A stretch of 64,000 nucleotides of DNA from contig OZ237764.1 of NCBI GenBank assembly GCA_965178125.1, positions 310,001-374,000 on the forward strand, given 5' to 3'. Shown one piece after another: positions 35,301 through 47,081 of this stretch. This DNA comes from Bilabrum cf. latius. Its lineage: Eukaryota. Below the pieces are notes generated by a model that saw nothing but the letters and a program-made list of their open reading frames with translations, was not told where the DNA came from and did not search any database. Numbering within the stretch: the first letter of the stretch is position 1; each line of letters starts with the position of its first letter. Made by a program: the position numbers and the translations under genes.

Positions 35301-37844
35301 GAGTGGGCCCTCTTCGTCCTTGAGCTGCTGCTGAAGGACGCAAGCTCGCTGGTTGAACGTGGCGCGCTGCACGACACCGAGGTGTTTGGGGCCATGGTGC
35401 AGTACCTCAGGGCCAGGGGCAGTCCCTTCAAGCACAGGATCGTAGCCCTTCTGACCCAGCTGCTAAAGGACGTCAGGCTGTTCAAGCAGGAGGGCGGGCC
35501 GGATCTCGAGCCTCTCCGCGGGATCGAGCGGGCGGTCCTGTAGCACTGCTGCAACCTGCTCAAGGAGAGGGGCAGGGGCGGCAACTCGGCGCTGCCCCCG
35601 CAGCTGCTGCAGCTGGTCGAGCTGCTCATTACCGCGCGCACCGCAGAGAGGTCCATCCGCGCTGCTCAGCGGAGAGAGCGACGGGAGAGGGCTGCCAGGG
35701 AACAAGGGCCCGCGTCTGGAGCCGGTGGAGACGGCGTGGGCATGGGCCCGCCGGCGGTCGGGACGAAGTCGACAAGCGTTGCCTCTGTGGACGCAGCGGG
35801 TGTAGTGGATCCGCAGGGAGAGGGTCTCATCTTCCCGCCGCCAGAGGTACCGAGCGCAGCTGAGACGCAGCAGCTGCAGGCAGAGCTGGAGCGGCTGCAG
35901 CAGGCCGCACAGCAGAGGCAAAGGGAGCTGCAGCAGCGGCAGCAGCAGCGCGGGCGCCGTCGCTTGGGCGTGCCTCGAGACCCGGCCGACCAGGATCTGC
36001 AGAGAGCTACGCCCCAGTCCCTGTCCACTGCTCTCGTCGACGTGATGGATATGTGCGAGAGTGTATTCCTGAAGAAGCGGCTGCCGGACCAGGTGCTTTG
36101 GCACGTGGCCCTGGACAGCGGCTGGGTAAAGGACCCCTGTGAGATCACCCCCGATGTGCTATCGGAGCTCTGCAGGGACCTGCTCGGCTGGGGCACGGAC
36201 GCCGACGAAGAGCTGGTGCAGTGGGTCACCACCATCACCTCCCCTGCGAGGAGGGCCCGCGTCGCCAGCGCCAAGGAGGCCGCCAAGAAGGAAGGCGGCA
36301 AGAAGGAGAAAGGAGAGGGCGCAGAGGCCGGACTCAAGTCGGTCAGCGACAGCGGTGCTGGCGATGCCACGGATGCTAGCGACTTGTAGGCCGCAGCCGT
36401 AGAGATGGCATCGGACACGGACGACGCATTCGCGTTCCAGAAGGTGGCGGCTGCGCCTATCCGGAGCACGCGAGCTCGACTCTCTCTCCTGCAGCTCATG
36501 AATCGTCGTCTGCGGTTGGTGATGCCTCTGGTGGACGTGGTGCACGCCACTGACGAGTTCTCACTGGGGTACAAGCTCAGGTCACTGTCGCACTGCATCT
36601 TCCTCGAGTGCAAGCAGGGCGTGCTGTGGAGCGCAGTGGAGCAGACAGAGGGCAGGAGCAGCGGGAAGGAGATCAACCTGGACAACAACGTGGCGGGCCA
36701 GGCCACGGATGCAGCCCAGCGCGATCCGTCCGCCCGATAGGTGGGCACCTACCGCGGCGTGTTCCCTCAGGCATACGAGGAGCTGAAGGGGATCGGAGCT
36801 GCGGCCTGGCGCGCACCCGCCGGCACCGATTCGGGCTCGAAGCTGTTCCGCGTGTCGTTCCGGGGGGAGAGCGGGATCGACGCCGGCGGGCTGTTCCGGG
36901 ACTGCGTGCAGCGGATCGTGGAGGACGCTTTCAGCGAGCACTTCGCCCTGCTGCGCAATGTGCCCAACGGGGTCACCAAGGTGGGCGACAACATGGACAA
37001 GCGAGTGCCCGACCCCACCATCGTGCGGAGGTCGACCGATGCGCAGTGCATGCTGGAGTTCCTGGGCAGGATGATGGGCTTCTCGCTAAGGTGGAAGCAC
37101 TATTTGCCGTACGACTGGGCGCCACTGGTCTGGAAGCTGCTGCTGGAGGCAAAGCCCGATGCCAGTGACCTCATGGCGATCGACAGGCAGGCTCACGCGA
37201 GACTCGAGAGGATCAGACAGTGCCCCTCCTAGGAGAAGTGGGAGTCCGAGTTCCCGGGGCAGACATTCACCTTCCCGGACTGCACGGGCAAGGAGCGCGA
37301 GCTGTTCAGCGGGCAAGGTCACCGTCAGGTCCGCTTCGAGGAGAGGCACATGTTCGCTGATAAGGCCCTTGAGATGAGGCTGAGCGAATTTAACGTGGGC
37401 GTGGCTGCCGTGCGCAAGGGGCTGCAAGTGTGCGTGCCCGCCCGCACTCTCAAGCTGTTCACGTGGCGCGAGCTCGAGCAGCTTTGCTGCGGCGATCCGC
37501 TCGTGGACGCTGCCTACCTCAGGCAGCACACGCACTACTCGGACGGGTATTCTGAGGAACATCCCGTGATCTAGAGGTTCTGGAGGGTGTTCGATTCGCT
37601 TCCGAACAAGGACCGCTCTGATTTCGTCAGGTTCTCCTGGGGTAGAGCACGCCTTCCGAGGCCGGAGCACTTCACGACACCCTTCTCGATCCACGGGATG
37701 GGCGGCGGGGATTCAGCGCTGCCAATGGCGCACACTTGCTTCTTCCAGGTGGACCTGCCGCAGTATTCCTCGGATGAAATCATGCGTCAGAGAATCGTGG
37801 CTGTGTGCAAGTACGGGCTCGGCGGCGAGTTCCTGAACGCCTGA
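23347..37844 (+). CDS. Giant HECT E3 ubiquitin ligase (~4,770 aa) with MIB/HERC2, two UBA-like and a CUB-like domain
   Basis: MIB/HERC2 motif GMRVVRGPNWC|WKDEDG...VRVQWD...YRW, reconstituted by intron 24253-24400. UBA-like repeats at ~32290-32580 (AVRALKVNNDDANAAVNWLME; IRALEMFGDD*NRAMEWLMD). CUB-like ESLHPH...LWITFDPRC...WGYRF. HECT domain with F.GE.GIDAGG, HPVI*RFW and catalytic AHTCFFQVDLPQYSS. More than 20 in-frame TAGs; ends TGA 37842. Probable short intron 23650-23695; 5' structure less certain. Confidence 0.9.
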
Positions 37845-38132
37845 GGGCATCGTGCGGTCCCCGGATGGAGGCGAAGCTTGGAGAGCGGAAAACCATTAGA
37901 TACAAGTTGATCTTTTAAAACGATTCTACATCAGTAAAACATCGTCAGCCCGCGGGGTGGAGCTACTGCTCTGCGCCCCTTGGCCGGCGATTCGGATTCC
38001 CCGATCAGATTCGGATGCTCAGCGACGCATCAACGTCCACGACATCTGCCTCGCAAAGTTCGCCCCTTGCAGTCGCCCGCACCAGCGCAAGCTGCTTCCT
38101 TGCTTCGCCAAGAAGAACAAGCAAGTGCCCCT

Positions 38133-38917
38133 TCAATCCCCACGATGAACCAATATCGTACCGAGCTGAACCGTTAGAGGCTTGAGGAAGTTTGGCGTGC
38201 TACCGACCATGCGCAGAAATTCTGCCTCATTCAGAGCCCCGTCCTTGTCCTCATCCCATGCAACAAGCGTTGATGTTGTCATCTTTCCGATCTCGCGGGG
38301 AGCCACGGCAAGGTTGCCGTCGACAAAAGCTGCCTGAAGCAGCGAACGCAGATCAGGCGAGGATATCTTGCCATCCCCGTCCAAGTCATAGATCTTGAAG
38401 GCAAACTTGGCCCTTGCTTCTGGTGGCGAGCTGTCTGACAGCAACGCCAGTCCATGCACAAACTCCTCGAATCGGATGTACCCGTCACCTGCGAAGGATA
38501 CAGGCTTGCATGCGCTGTAGAGGCCGATGGAGTCGCGCTGAACTGAATGTGGAATCGTTTGCACAATATCTTACGATCCGTATCCATCAGCTAGAATATC
38601 CTTTCCGTGAATAGGCTCGGGGTTCTGTCGACATTGCCGAGCGCCTTCTGAAAGCCAGCTCGAGTGATTAGCGGCTCCTTCGTCTTTGCAGTCTCAGCAG
38701 CAATGCTACTGAAATGAGCATACAAGATATTGACTTGATCATCCGTGACTGCGATGAGAGAAACTTGCGCAGCAGCATTCGATGAAGATGTTGCGCACGT
38801 GTGTTGGAGGGCCAACTCGCGGTGAAACCATTTGGCAACTGTATTCGTCTCACAGTGCGTCGCTTTGGTTAAGGACGCCGCTGTTTCTTTACCTAGCGAG
38901 CTTGCTTTCTGTCCCAT
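38133..38917 (-). CDS. Calcineurin B-like / neuronal calcium sensor-type EF-hand protein (~197 aa)
   Basis: N-myristoylation-type start MGQKAS. EF-hands DTDRDGYIRFEEF, DLDGDGKISSPDL and DEDKDGALNEAEF; KFAFKIYD. Introns 38749-38853 and 38489-38574 restore the frame. One TAG (ERIF*LMD, 38591). Ends TGA. Confidence 0.88.
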
Positions 38918-39134
38918 GCCAGGAGTATTTGTCGGAGTACGTATTTCTAGAGTCGAGCATGTTTCACGCCGCGCAAACATTCGTGCACTGCCAGTGCGGA
39001 ACCTTGTGTGGCGAGACACGTCGAGGACTCGGAACCGGACTCGCGTGCCTAGGCCCGAGTCTGGTCACTGCCATCTATCAAGATGACTCAGCACACATGA
39101 TATAACTGAATTGTTCATTTTGTGGGTGTATTGA

Positions 39135-41555
39135 ATGCTAAGCCAGGCATCAAAGAGACGAAGAAGTCCTGGATTGTCGTCCATTGCTTGTGCAAGAACC
39201 ACTTGCGTGGCTGCACTGGCACTTGTGGCGTTTGTAATAGCTTCACAGCTATCATGGCTCGGTCGCCTTAATGCTGCGATACCAGCAGAAAGATCAATAC
39301 GAGGTAGATCTAGTCGACAATTTCGGCGAACTCACCCGGATCGCAGGCGAGCTGAAACGGAAAAGCTCGCTCGCAGAGCCAGCAAAATTCCAGACGAAAT
39401 GAAATCTGCGAATGATAGGGAAGTCATCAAGAAGAATAATCTGCGTGAAACTCCACAAGCAACTGCCGCCCATGCGCTAGTTTCATCCGTCTCTCCAATG
39501 CCGACGTTCACGATGCTGCCTGTCCCAAGTCCACGGGTGGTGCGTCTAGTAGTTGCGACATCGCTGCCTGCTGTGCGGCTGCAGCCTGAGAATCCGGCTG
39601 TATCAAGTGAACCCATATTGAAGACCAACAGTAAGTTCATCGCATCCGTGCATGAGTTCGACAGCGTTTGGTCGATTCGGGGCCAGCAGGACGCCTTCGT
39701 GCTGAATGCCACCGCACTGCTGGCCCCCCCACCGCTCCCGCGGAGCCCTCACGCGTGTGCGAGACAGGATTGGGGGTATGACCAGGTGCTAGGGTGGAGA
39801 TCTAACTCTGGAGAGATCATGTGCTCGCCCGGGGATGGATCCGGTGTAGAAGGGGCTACCGTCCGAAGCAGGTGCGCCGAGTTTCCGCTGCAGCAGCAGA
39901 GGAATCAGGCAGGAGAAAGCAAAGGAGAAGAAGAAGAAGAAGAGGATAGGGGCGATGGGAGTCGTGGCAGGCGGCTGTGCCTGCTGGATGTCTCGTTTAG
40001 CAGCTAGAGCGCTGGTCCATTGGCACCCGTGCTGGCCCGCAGTGGGGGCGGGGGGCCTGCCACCAGGAAACCGCGGTGGGCCTTGCTCTGTGACCCCACG
40101 GAGGGGTTCTCCCCCCACTCGGGAGATTCCCCCCTGGGCCTGATGTTCGACTGGAAGGAACCTTCGCAAGGAGGTGAGCAGCAGCTTCGAACTGAATTCC
40201 AGAGAGGCATAGCCACAGCTCCGCAGCCGTCGCAAATCGCGAGGGTGCTGGAGAGAGGGCGATAGGCGGGGAAACGGGTCTATCTCTAGTACCTGATGCC
40301 AGGCCCTGGCCCGATCTAGATTGGCCGACAGGGTAAAGCACTGGATTCCAACGAGCTGGCCCCGAGTGATGCCATCGGACAAGGACATGCGACCGCCGAG
40401 ACGGTGCGCCGGCCCCTCTCCGATGCAGTGGTCTAGCCTTCGGGACGGCCCCGCGAAGCGACTGGAACAAGGGCCAGAGAGGCCGCCAATGCGGTTGAAA
40501 GGGGGTATTTCACGGGGTTTGTGTACTACATCGTGCGGCGAGACTGCGGGATGTCACGAAGCAAGCAGACGTGGAACCCCTTCCACTGCATGGCGGACGT
40601 GTTCCTGGCCATCGAGATCCTAGCTGCGCTGGAGCTGAGGCCAGTCGACGTGGTGGTGCTGTTCGCCGATTCCAACGCCTAGAGTCCCTACGAGCACGTC
40701 TGGAGGACGGTGGGAGCGGCTGGAGTGTACACTGCCGCCGGGCTTGCAGCTATACCATCCCAGATCCGTCCTCCTATGCGCCGTGCCATCGTGGCCCCGG
40801 ACCAGGCTGCCTCTCTCATGTGGCAGACCAACCACCACTACATGCAGTGCCAGCACGCTTCGGACCTGTATCGGACTGTGCGGTCCCATGTCCTTCATGC
40901 GCTTGGTATCGCCATGTCCCCCAGTGGTTCGGGCGCGGATCAAACGGCCAAATCGGTCTTGCTTGTAGCACGGCAGCCCCATCCCCACCAGGCCGGTGGC
41001 ATGGATAGGACCATAAGCAATACGGATGAGGTGCTGGCCGCCATGAAGCGGGGCATCATTCGAGCGCTGCAAGGGGGTGTGCGGCACAGGCTGCCTGCCA
41101 GCCTGAACGTGGAGGCCTTGGATTTCGCGGGCATGCCGGTGAGGGAGCAAATATCGAGAGCCGCGCGCGCAAGGGTGATGGTGGGGATGCACGGGGCCGG
41201 GCTGACCTGGAGCATGTTCTAGCCCCCTCTCCCTGGCAGCGGACTCATCGAGCTGCATCCGCAGTGGAAGAACGATGGCATCATATCAAAATGCTTTGCA
41301 AATCAGGCTGTGGCAAGTGGCATCAACTATGCGAGGTGGCACGCGGGTCCGGATGAATCGAAGTACAAGGGTGACACGAGAGTGGATCCATCGACCGTAG
41401 AGGGACTGGTTGTGGCGATCCTTCAGCAAGATCCATCCCGCGACGCAGGACAAGGACTCGGAGGGCCGGGCGTTCTCGGATTGGTACGGACTGGCGACTC
41501 AACCGCGGTTGGTAAGATGCCGAGGCCGAGCCCTGGGTCATCGCAGGACCCCTGA
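39135..41555 (+). CDS. Glycosyltransferase family 61 (EOGT/xylosyltransferase-like), type II membrane protein (~806 aa)
   Basis: N-terminal TM anchor, NPFHCMAD motif, and RTISNTDEV...DFAGMPVREQI...VMVGMHGAGLTWSMF*PP...LIEL. Seven in-frame TAGs; ends TGA. Confidence 0.82.
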
Positions 41556-41682
41556 CCTGGATCGCGGCAAACCCTTCCAGACGGTTGTCGTGGTCCGACC
41601 GCTGTGACCTGCTGTGCCCAGCTTAGTCAGAACATGTTGGCGTGAAAGTAATGCTGAGGTGCTGATATGCTTTCGAATCGAG

Positions 41683-44079
41683 TCACACTCGCTGCAGGAA
41701 GAGTCCATCCAGTGGAGTGACGATCACATGGTCGCTGTCCACGGACGACCCGTTGTTCACGTCAGGGTAGTTTAGCCCATCCAGTCGCCTGTACTGGACA
41801 TTTCCTCCCAGCAAGGAGGTCAGGTTAAATACGACGTCGTGGTGAGACGGGTTGGCGAGCACTGCGCCGCCCTCGAACGCGCGTGCCATCGCATCCGGTC
41901 CGTGCTTGATCCGCATGTCGCGGATGGCAAAGAGCTCGCTGCCCTCCACCACGACGGTAAACTTGAGCTGCGACTGATCGGCCGACTCACCAGAATCAAC
42001 GTTGATGCCAATATCTCTATAGTACACGCTCGTGTTGAACCAAGCCCCTTCCTGGCAGAAGGTCATAGTGCGACCCTCCCCATCCACCCACCTGGCCGAT
42101 GCGTTCTTGGCCACCAGCCCGTCGTTCGTCAGCCACACGAGCCTAGGCACCCCATGCGGCTCATTGACTCGAGTCTTGCACCGAATCTCGAAGCTGATGA
42201 GAACCTCAAGCGGCTGGCCTGCCACCATTGCCGATGGCTTAAATCCTCCGGCCTGTAAGGCCCAAGCAAAGGTTGCATTTGTGGCCGGAATCTCACCTCC
42301 TTGGGCCAGTGGAATAGGCGGTTCGTCCCGCCAGCTGACCAGAAGAGCTGCTGACGAATCGTCTGCACTCCTGGCAGATCCATCTCCAGTGGGCCATGGG
42401 TCCTGCTCCGCCCTGATGTCCAAAGGCTGCCCACCGGCGCCAGGCGTCCACGCTTCAGCAAAGGCGGGCGAAAGGGCAACGCCGCTGCCTCCGAGCAGAT
42501 CCACCGCAGCATCCGCGACACGAACTGAGTCTGTGGTCGGTGCTCCAAGCCAGTTGGACGCATTGTCCCTGCCTCGCGACATCTCGTCAGGTATGGCAGG
42601 CACTGCGATGGGGTAGTCTGGCTTGGCGAGCCACTCGCCGCCCATGAGCGACACGAGGGGCGGGCGACCGGATGACGAGTGCAGCAGCTGCGAGGCGGCG
42701 TACATGGCTCGCACCGTGGAGTGCGGTGGGTTGTCGGCAGAGGCAGCCGGGTATTTTGTGATGATGTGGGACAGCCTCATGTCCTGTCCCGGTACTGAGG
42801 CCCCGGCTGTGCTGCTAGATCCAATTCGACCTCCTTCCGGCACAGCCTGAGGTTCGGTCCGATTTGCACGTCCCCGCCGCCCCATTGCGTGCCACCACCT
42901 GATGCGGTTTACTCCCCCGGACCAATCCGCCAGGATCCACTACCTATCGATGTCACTCGGCCAGCCCTCGCTCTCCATCCCGTTCATGAACGCGATGCTC
43001 CGCTGCATGTCGCACCGCTAGCCCTTGCCGATCATGATCACACCGTCTCCCAGCGCTTCCCGAATGCGGCGGTGCTTCTCCCACTGTCCCAGACCGTAGG
43101 TCTGGTGCCCGTCGAAGATGCACCCGTCGCCCAAAGAATCGCCGTCGCAGTCCGGGAGAAGCCGCTTGCCCGACCGAGCGACGTACGACATGTGCTCCAG
43201 CTACCAATAGCAAGTGTCGAACGAGATCCCGTGAAACCCGCCAGTAAGCCCCCCTGGTCCCATCACTGAGGCAATTTCTTCCGCAAACATGTCCAAGGCT
43301 CGCTTCCCTGACCTATCGCGGGGCGCGTTGAGGGCAAAGTTGAGATTGAATGCATCCACACCGTTCCCGTCTGTGTGAGGCACCCTGTTCGAAGCGATGT
43401 AGGCAGCATTCTATTTTCCCACTTCAATCGGCGCAGTCCCGACTAGTCCTCTTCTCACGGTTACGGTGGCCGTGGGCTCATAGATGCTCTCTACCATCAC
43501 GATCTCGGAGGAATTCCAGTCGGGTTTTCCGTCAGCACGCCATGCTGTAAGTGCAGCGTACCGGCCCTCGGGTAATACTTCCTTTGCTAAGAATCCCGCT
43601 GGCACCCTAACGGTCAGATTCGTTACGTCCCCTGCCTTTGCCGCAGGGATCCTGGTTGAGACGCGTGCACCCTCCATCCACATCCAGTGGGCTACAGAAT
43701 ACTGGAATCCGGTTGCATTGAACGTAGCAGTTCGTAGAGCATCGATGAAATGATTTACTGCTATTTTCTTGGGCTGTTGCTGGGACCAGGTGCAGATTCC
43801 GTCTCGTGCTGCATCGTAAGGCTCCGGCTTGCCGTTGCTGGGCTGCAGTGAGTCTTGCGCCACGATGATGGCGCCGTTACTCCTGTTCCACCAGTGCTGC
43901 CATTGATCGGGAAACACTTTCAACGTATTCTCGTTTCGAAACATGTCGAAGGTTGGTGATGCGTCGCTCTACAGTGCATTCAGTTCGGATGGTTGCCCAG
44001 CAGGACCCTTGCATGGCTGTAGCTGCACGCCATGGATGCTACCTATCAGCAGAACAATGAACAAAGTAATATTCTTCAT
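41683..44079 (-). CDS. Secreted bacterial-like protein, putative glycoside hydrolase (GHL15-like C-terminus) (~798 aa)
   Basis: Signal peptide MKNITLFIVLLIGSIHG. Motifs FHGISFD, FMNGMESEGWP...DWSGGVNR and C-terminal RAFEGGAVLANPS...FNL...NNG...DGLFL. Fragments join in frame across five TAGs; ends TGA. Function is inferred from remembered motif resemblance. Confidence 0.6.
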
Positions 44080-44235
44080 AATCCCGCGCATTTGAAAGAC
44101 TTGGCTCTGTATCTTCGGGTTAAAGAGGGAAAAGTGTGAATCAAGATTAAGAACGAGAACAAAGTTTCATGGATCTAGACTCTACTAGCGCTTCTTTCTG
44201 TACAGACGGAAAGAGAGAAAATGTAAGGATGCAGC

Positions 44236-46773
44236 TCATGCCACTTCCTTCTCGTCTGACCTCGCCGAGCTGCTGCCCTGCTTTCTCGCTTTGCGCAGCT
44301 GCTTGGTTCGAAGCCGTCTGCTCTTGGGCGCTCGCTTCTCCTCGGCAGAAGGCACCTTGGCCGTCTTGGGTGCCGACACAACCGCCTCCCCCGCGGCCTC
44401 CGCAGCCGCTGCCTCTGCTTCCTGCCGCCTCCCCTCCTCCTGCCTTCGCTCGATCGCCTCCACCACCGACCGAGGTGTACCCGACTTCGCGCTGCCCTCC
44501 ATCTCAGCACCAGAGAACTCAGCCCCGCCCACCACCGCCTTCCGCTTCGCCTCCCTGGAATCCTGCCCAAATCCGGTTGCAACCGCTAACGACGAGTCCC
44601 CCCCACCCCTGAACGGGTTCCCACCGCTGGCCCCGCTTCCCACCAGCGCATCCTCTGGCTTCCCACCCTCTTCTCCTCCTCCGCCTCCGTCAGCCGAGAA
44701 CAGGCCCTGTGGGCCCTGCGCCAGGGACCGCACGTCCACCGGCCTGACTTTGGGACCCCCAAACACGCTCTTCTCGCCCTCTTCGGCGGTCCCCTACCCC
44801 CCATCTCCCTGGGGAACAAGCCCCTTGCCCCCATCTCGCTCCTCCTCCGCCACAGATGTCTCCCCCCTATCTACTGCCGCCCGCTCCGCACGGATCCTCT
44901 CGTCCCTTGAAGCCATCCACTCCTCCTGCGCCTTAAGGATCGGGTCCTCTTCCCCGTATGCCTCCAGGATCGCAGCCCGCTGCACGATGGCCTGGTCCAT
45001 GCGGCCCCACTCCTTGTACATCTGGAACAGATTGGCACGGGCCATCAGCAGGTCCGCGTGCTTGGGCTGGTACCTAGCTTCTCGGTACTCCAGCACGCGT
45101 CTGTACGCCTGCTCGCTGCCGGCGAAATCCTTCTTCTTCTTCAAAATGTACCCCAGATTGTTGAGCGCAGTGGCGACGAGAGCGTGCGATGGTCCAAGGA
45201 CAGCCTCCAGATCAGCAAGGGCCTCCCGCGCCAGCTTCTCGCCCTGCCTCGGGCCCGTCAGCTGGCACCGCACCACGGCTAGGTGCGTCTTGATCAGAGC
45301 GGTGTCTGTTCTCCCGTGCCCCTGCATGGTCGCAGCCACAAGCTTGCTCGACTTCTTGTTCCTCAGGTGCGAGGGCAGCGGGCCGGGGTCTCCCCCGCGC
45401 GCGGCGAGTCGCCTCCTCCTCAGCTGTTCCTCATCGTTTCCCTCTTTGCCCACCTCGTCGTAGGCCCAGGCCCGGGCCCTCTCCCGCTCCTCGTCCCGAA
45501 GCACCATGGCGGGGTCGTTGATGCTGGCGCCCGCCCCAGGCCCAGCCTCCTTGCCCAGCCTGCTCTCGAGCACCTCGGGCAGGCCATAGCCATGCTCCTG
45601 CTGGTATTCGTCCACCTCCTTGAGCAGCCCGTCGTTGGCAATGGAGGCCTCGAGCGCCACTTCCAGCGCGGCCTCTGCCACCATCCAGCGCTGAAACCTG
45701 TCCGCGGACTTCTCCTCCAGATCGCCCATCTGGTGGTACATTGCCCCCATGTTCATCTGAATCCTCGCGGTGAAAGGGTGATCCTGCCCGTAGATGGCCT
45801 CGTACCTGTCGTCTGCCTCCTGCAGCAGCTTGAGGGCAAGCGCGTAGTTCAGGTCTAGCTTCTCTGCCATCGCAACCCCAACCAGCGATGCGGCGTAGAT
45901 GGAAGATCCCTTCCCGTAGTACTGCTTCGCGAGATCCCTGCCGAGGTTGGCGGCTTCCCGCGCCCGGCCTGGCTGCCGCCTGCGCATCGAATCCCTTAGC
46001 TCGTTTTGGACGATTCCAAGCAGCTGCTCCCTTGTGAACATGTGGCCGAAGTACTGCACCCTGCCGCGGAGGTCTTCCGGTACCTCGTCTGGATCGCCCG
46101 TGGGTGCCTTTTTCGGATCAAACTTTTGCTTTTTCTTGTTCTTTTCGGCGAGGTACTGCTTCAGCTTGCGGTACTCGGCAGTATCTGTTCCGATGGATTC
46201 AGGAATGTGCAGGTCGTCCATAATGACTTCTTGCGGCTCTCCGTCATCCGGCTGGTCTTCATGATACGACCCATCCTGGTTCGTTCCTGCTGCGGATGGC
46301 CTTGGTCGTTTCCCATCCGCGGGACGCGGACGCTTGCCACCCGCAGGCCTTGGGCGCTTGCCTGCTACAGCTACGGCCGTGCTTGTTGAGTCCCCCCCAA
46401 TGCTCTTCTGCGCTTGTTCAGCCGCAAGCTTACGCACGGTCTGCTTTATCATTCTATCGCGGTTCTCTTCATACTTGTCTCCAACCACAACCTTCAGTTG
46501 TCGGTGCCTCAACTCTTCTGGAACCGCCCGCAGCCCCGCAGGCGAGTTCACTGTCACGCTAGGCACGTCTCCATCGTACGAAATTACCTGACTGTCATCC
46601 CCTGGTGCGTGCTCCAGTTCTATCTCGGTCACCTTCAAGGCCTTGAGTTTCTTGTCCCTCTCGGCATTCCTTGTTGCTTCAGAGGCCAAACATCTCGAAA
46701 ATTGAGAGTGCCCGGGGCACAAATGAGATCTACGCCGTAAGGCGAAAAACCTTCTCGCGATAGCTTGCCTCAT
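44236..46773 (-). CDS. TPR (kinesin-light-chain-type repeat) protein, probably mitochondrial (~845 aa)
   Basis: TPR repeats (YGQDHPFTARIQMNMGAMYHQMG; LGPSHALVATALNNLGYILKKKKDFAGSEQAYRRVLE). Arg-rich, acid-free N-terminus MRQAIARRFFALRRRSH. One TAG (44794) joins the 44236-44766 ORF; ends TGA. Confidence 0.78.
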
Positions 46774-47081
46774 GATGCTTGTAGACGCAACACGATCCGA
46801 TCGGCACGTCGGCGGATGAACCGTGTGTGACGAGCAGAATGTCAATTCGCAAGCGATGCAATGAGCGAGCGTGATTGAGAGCCGAATTACAAGGTGGGAA
46901 GTCGTTTGTTTAGAATTCAGTCACCCACCCACTGCCACTCTCCTCAAGACGCCCCTCTTGCAGCAAGAGTGTCGCAAGACGCGCCCCACGACACACGCCA
47001 CTCCACCCCCCCTCTGCATACATACATTCCCGTCGGAGGGGCGCCCGCCCAACCCCGGCAGACCATCCGTCCAACCATCCA

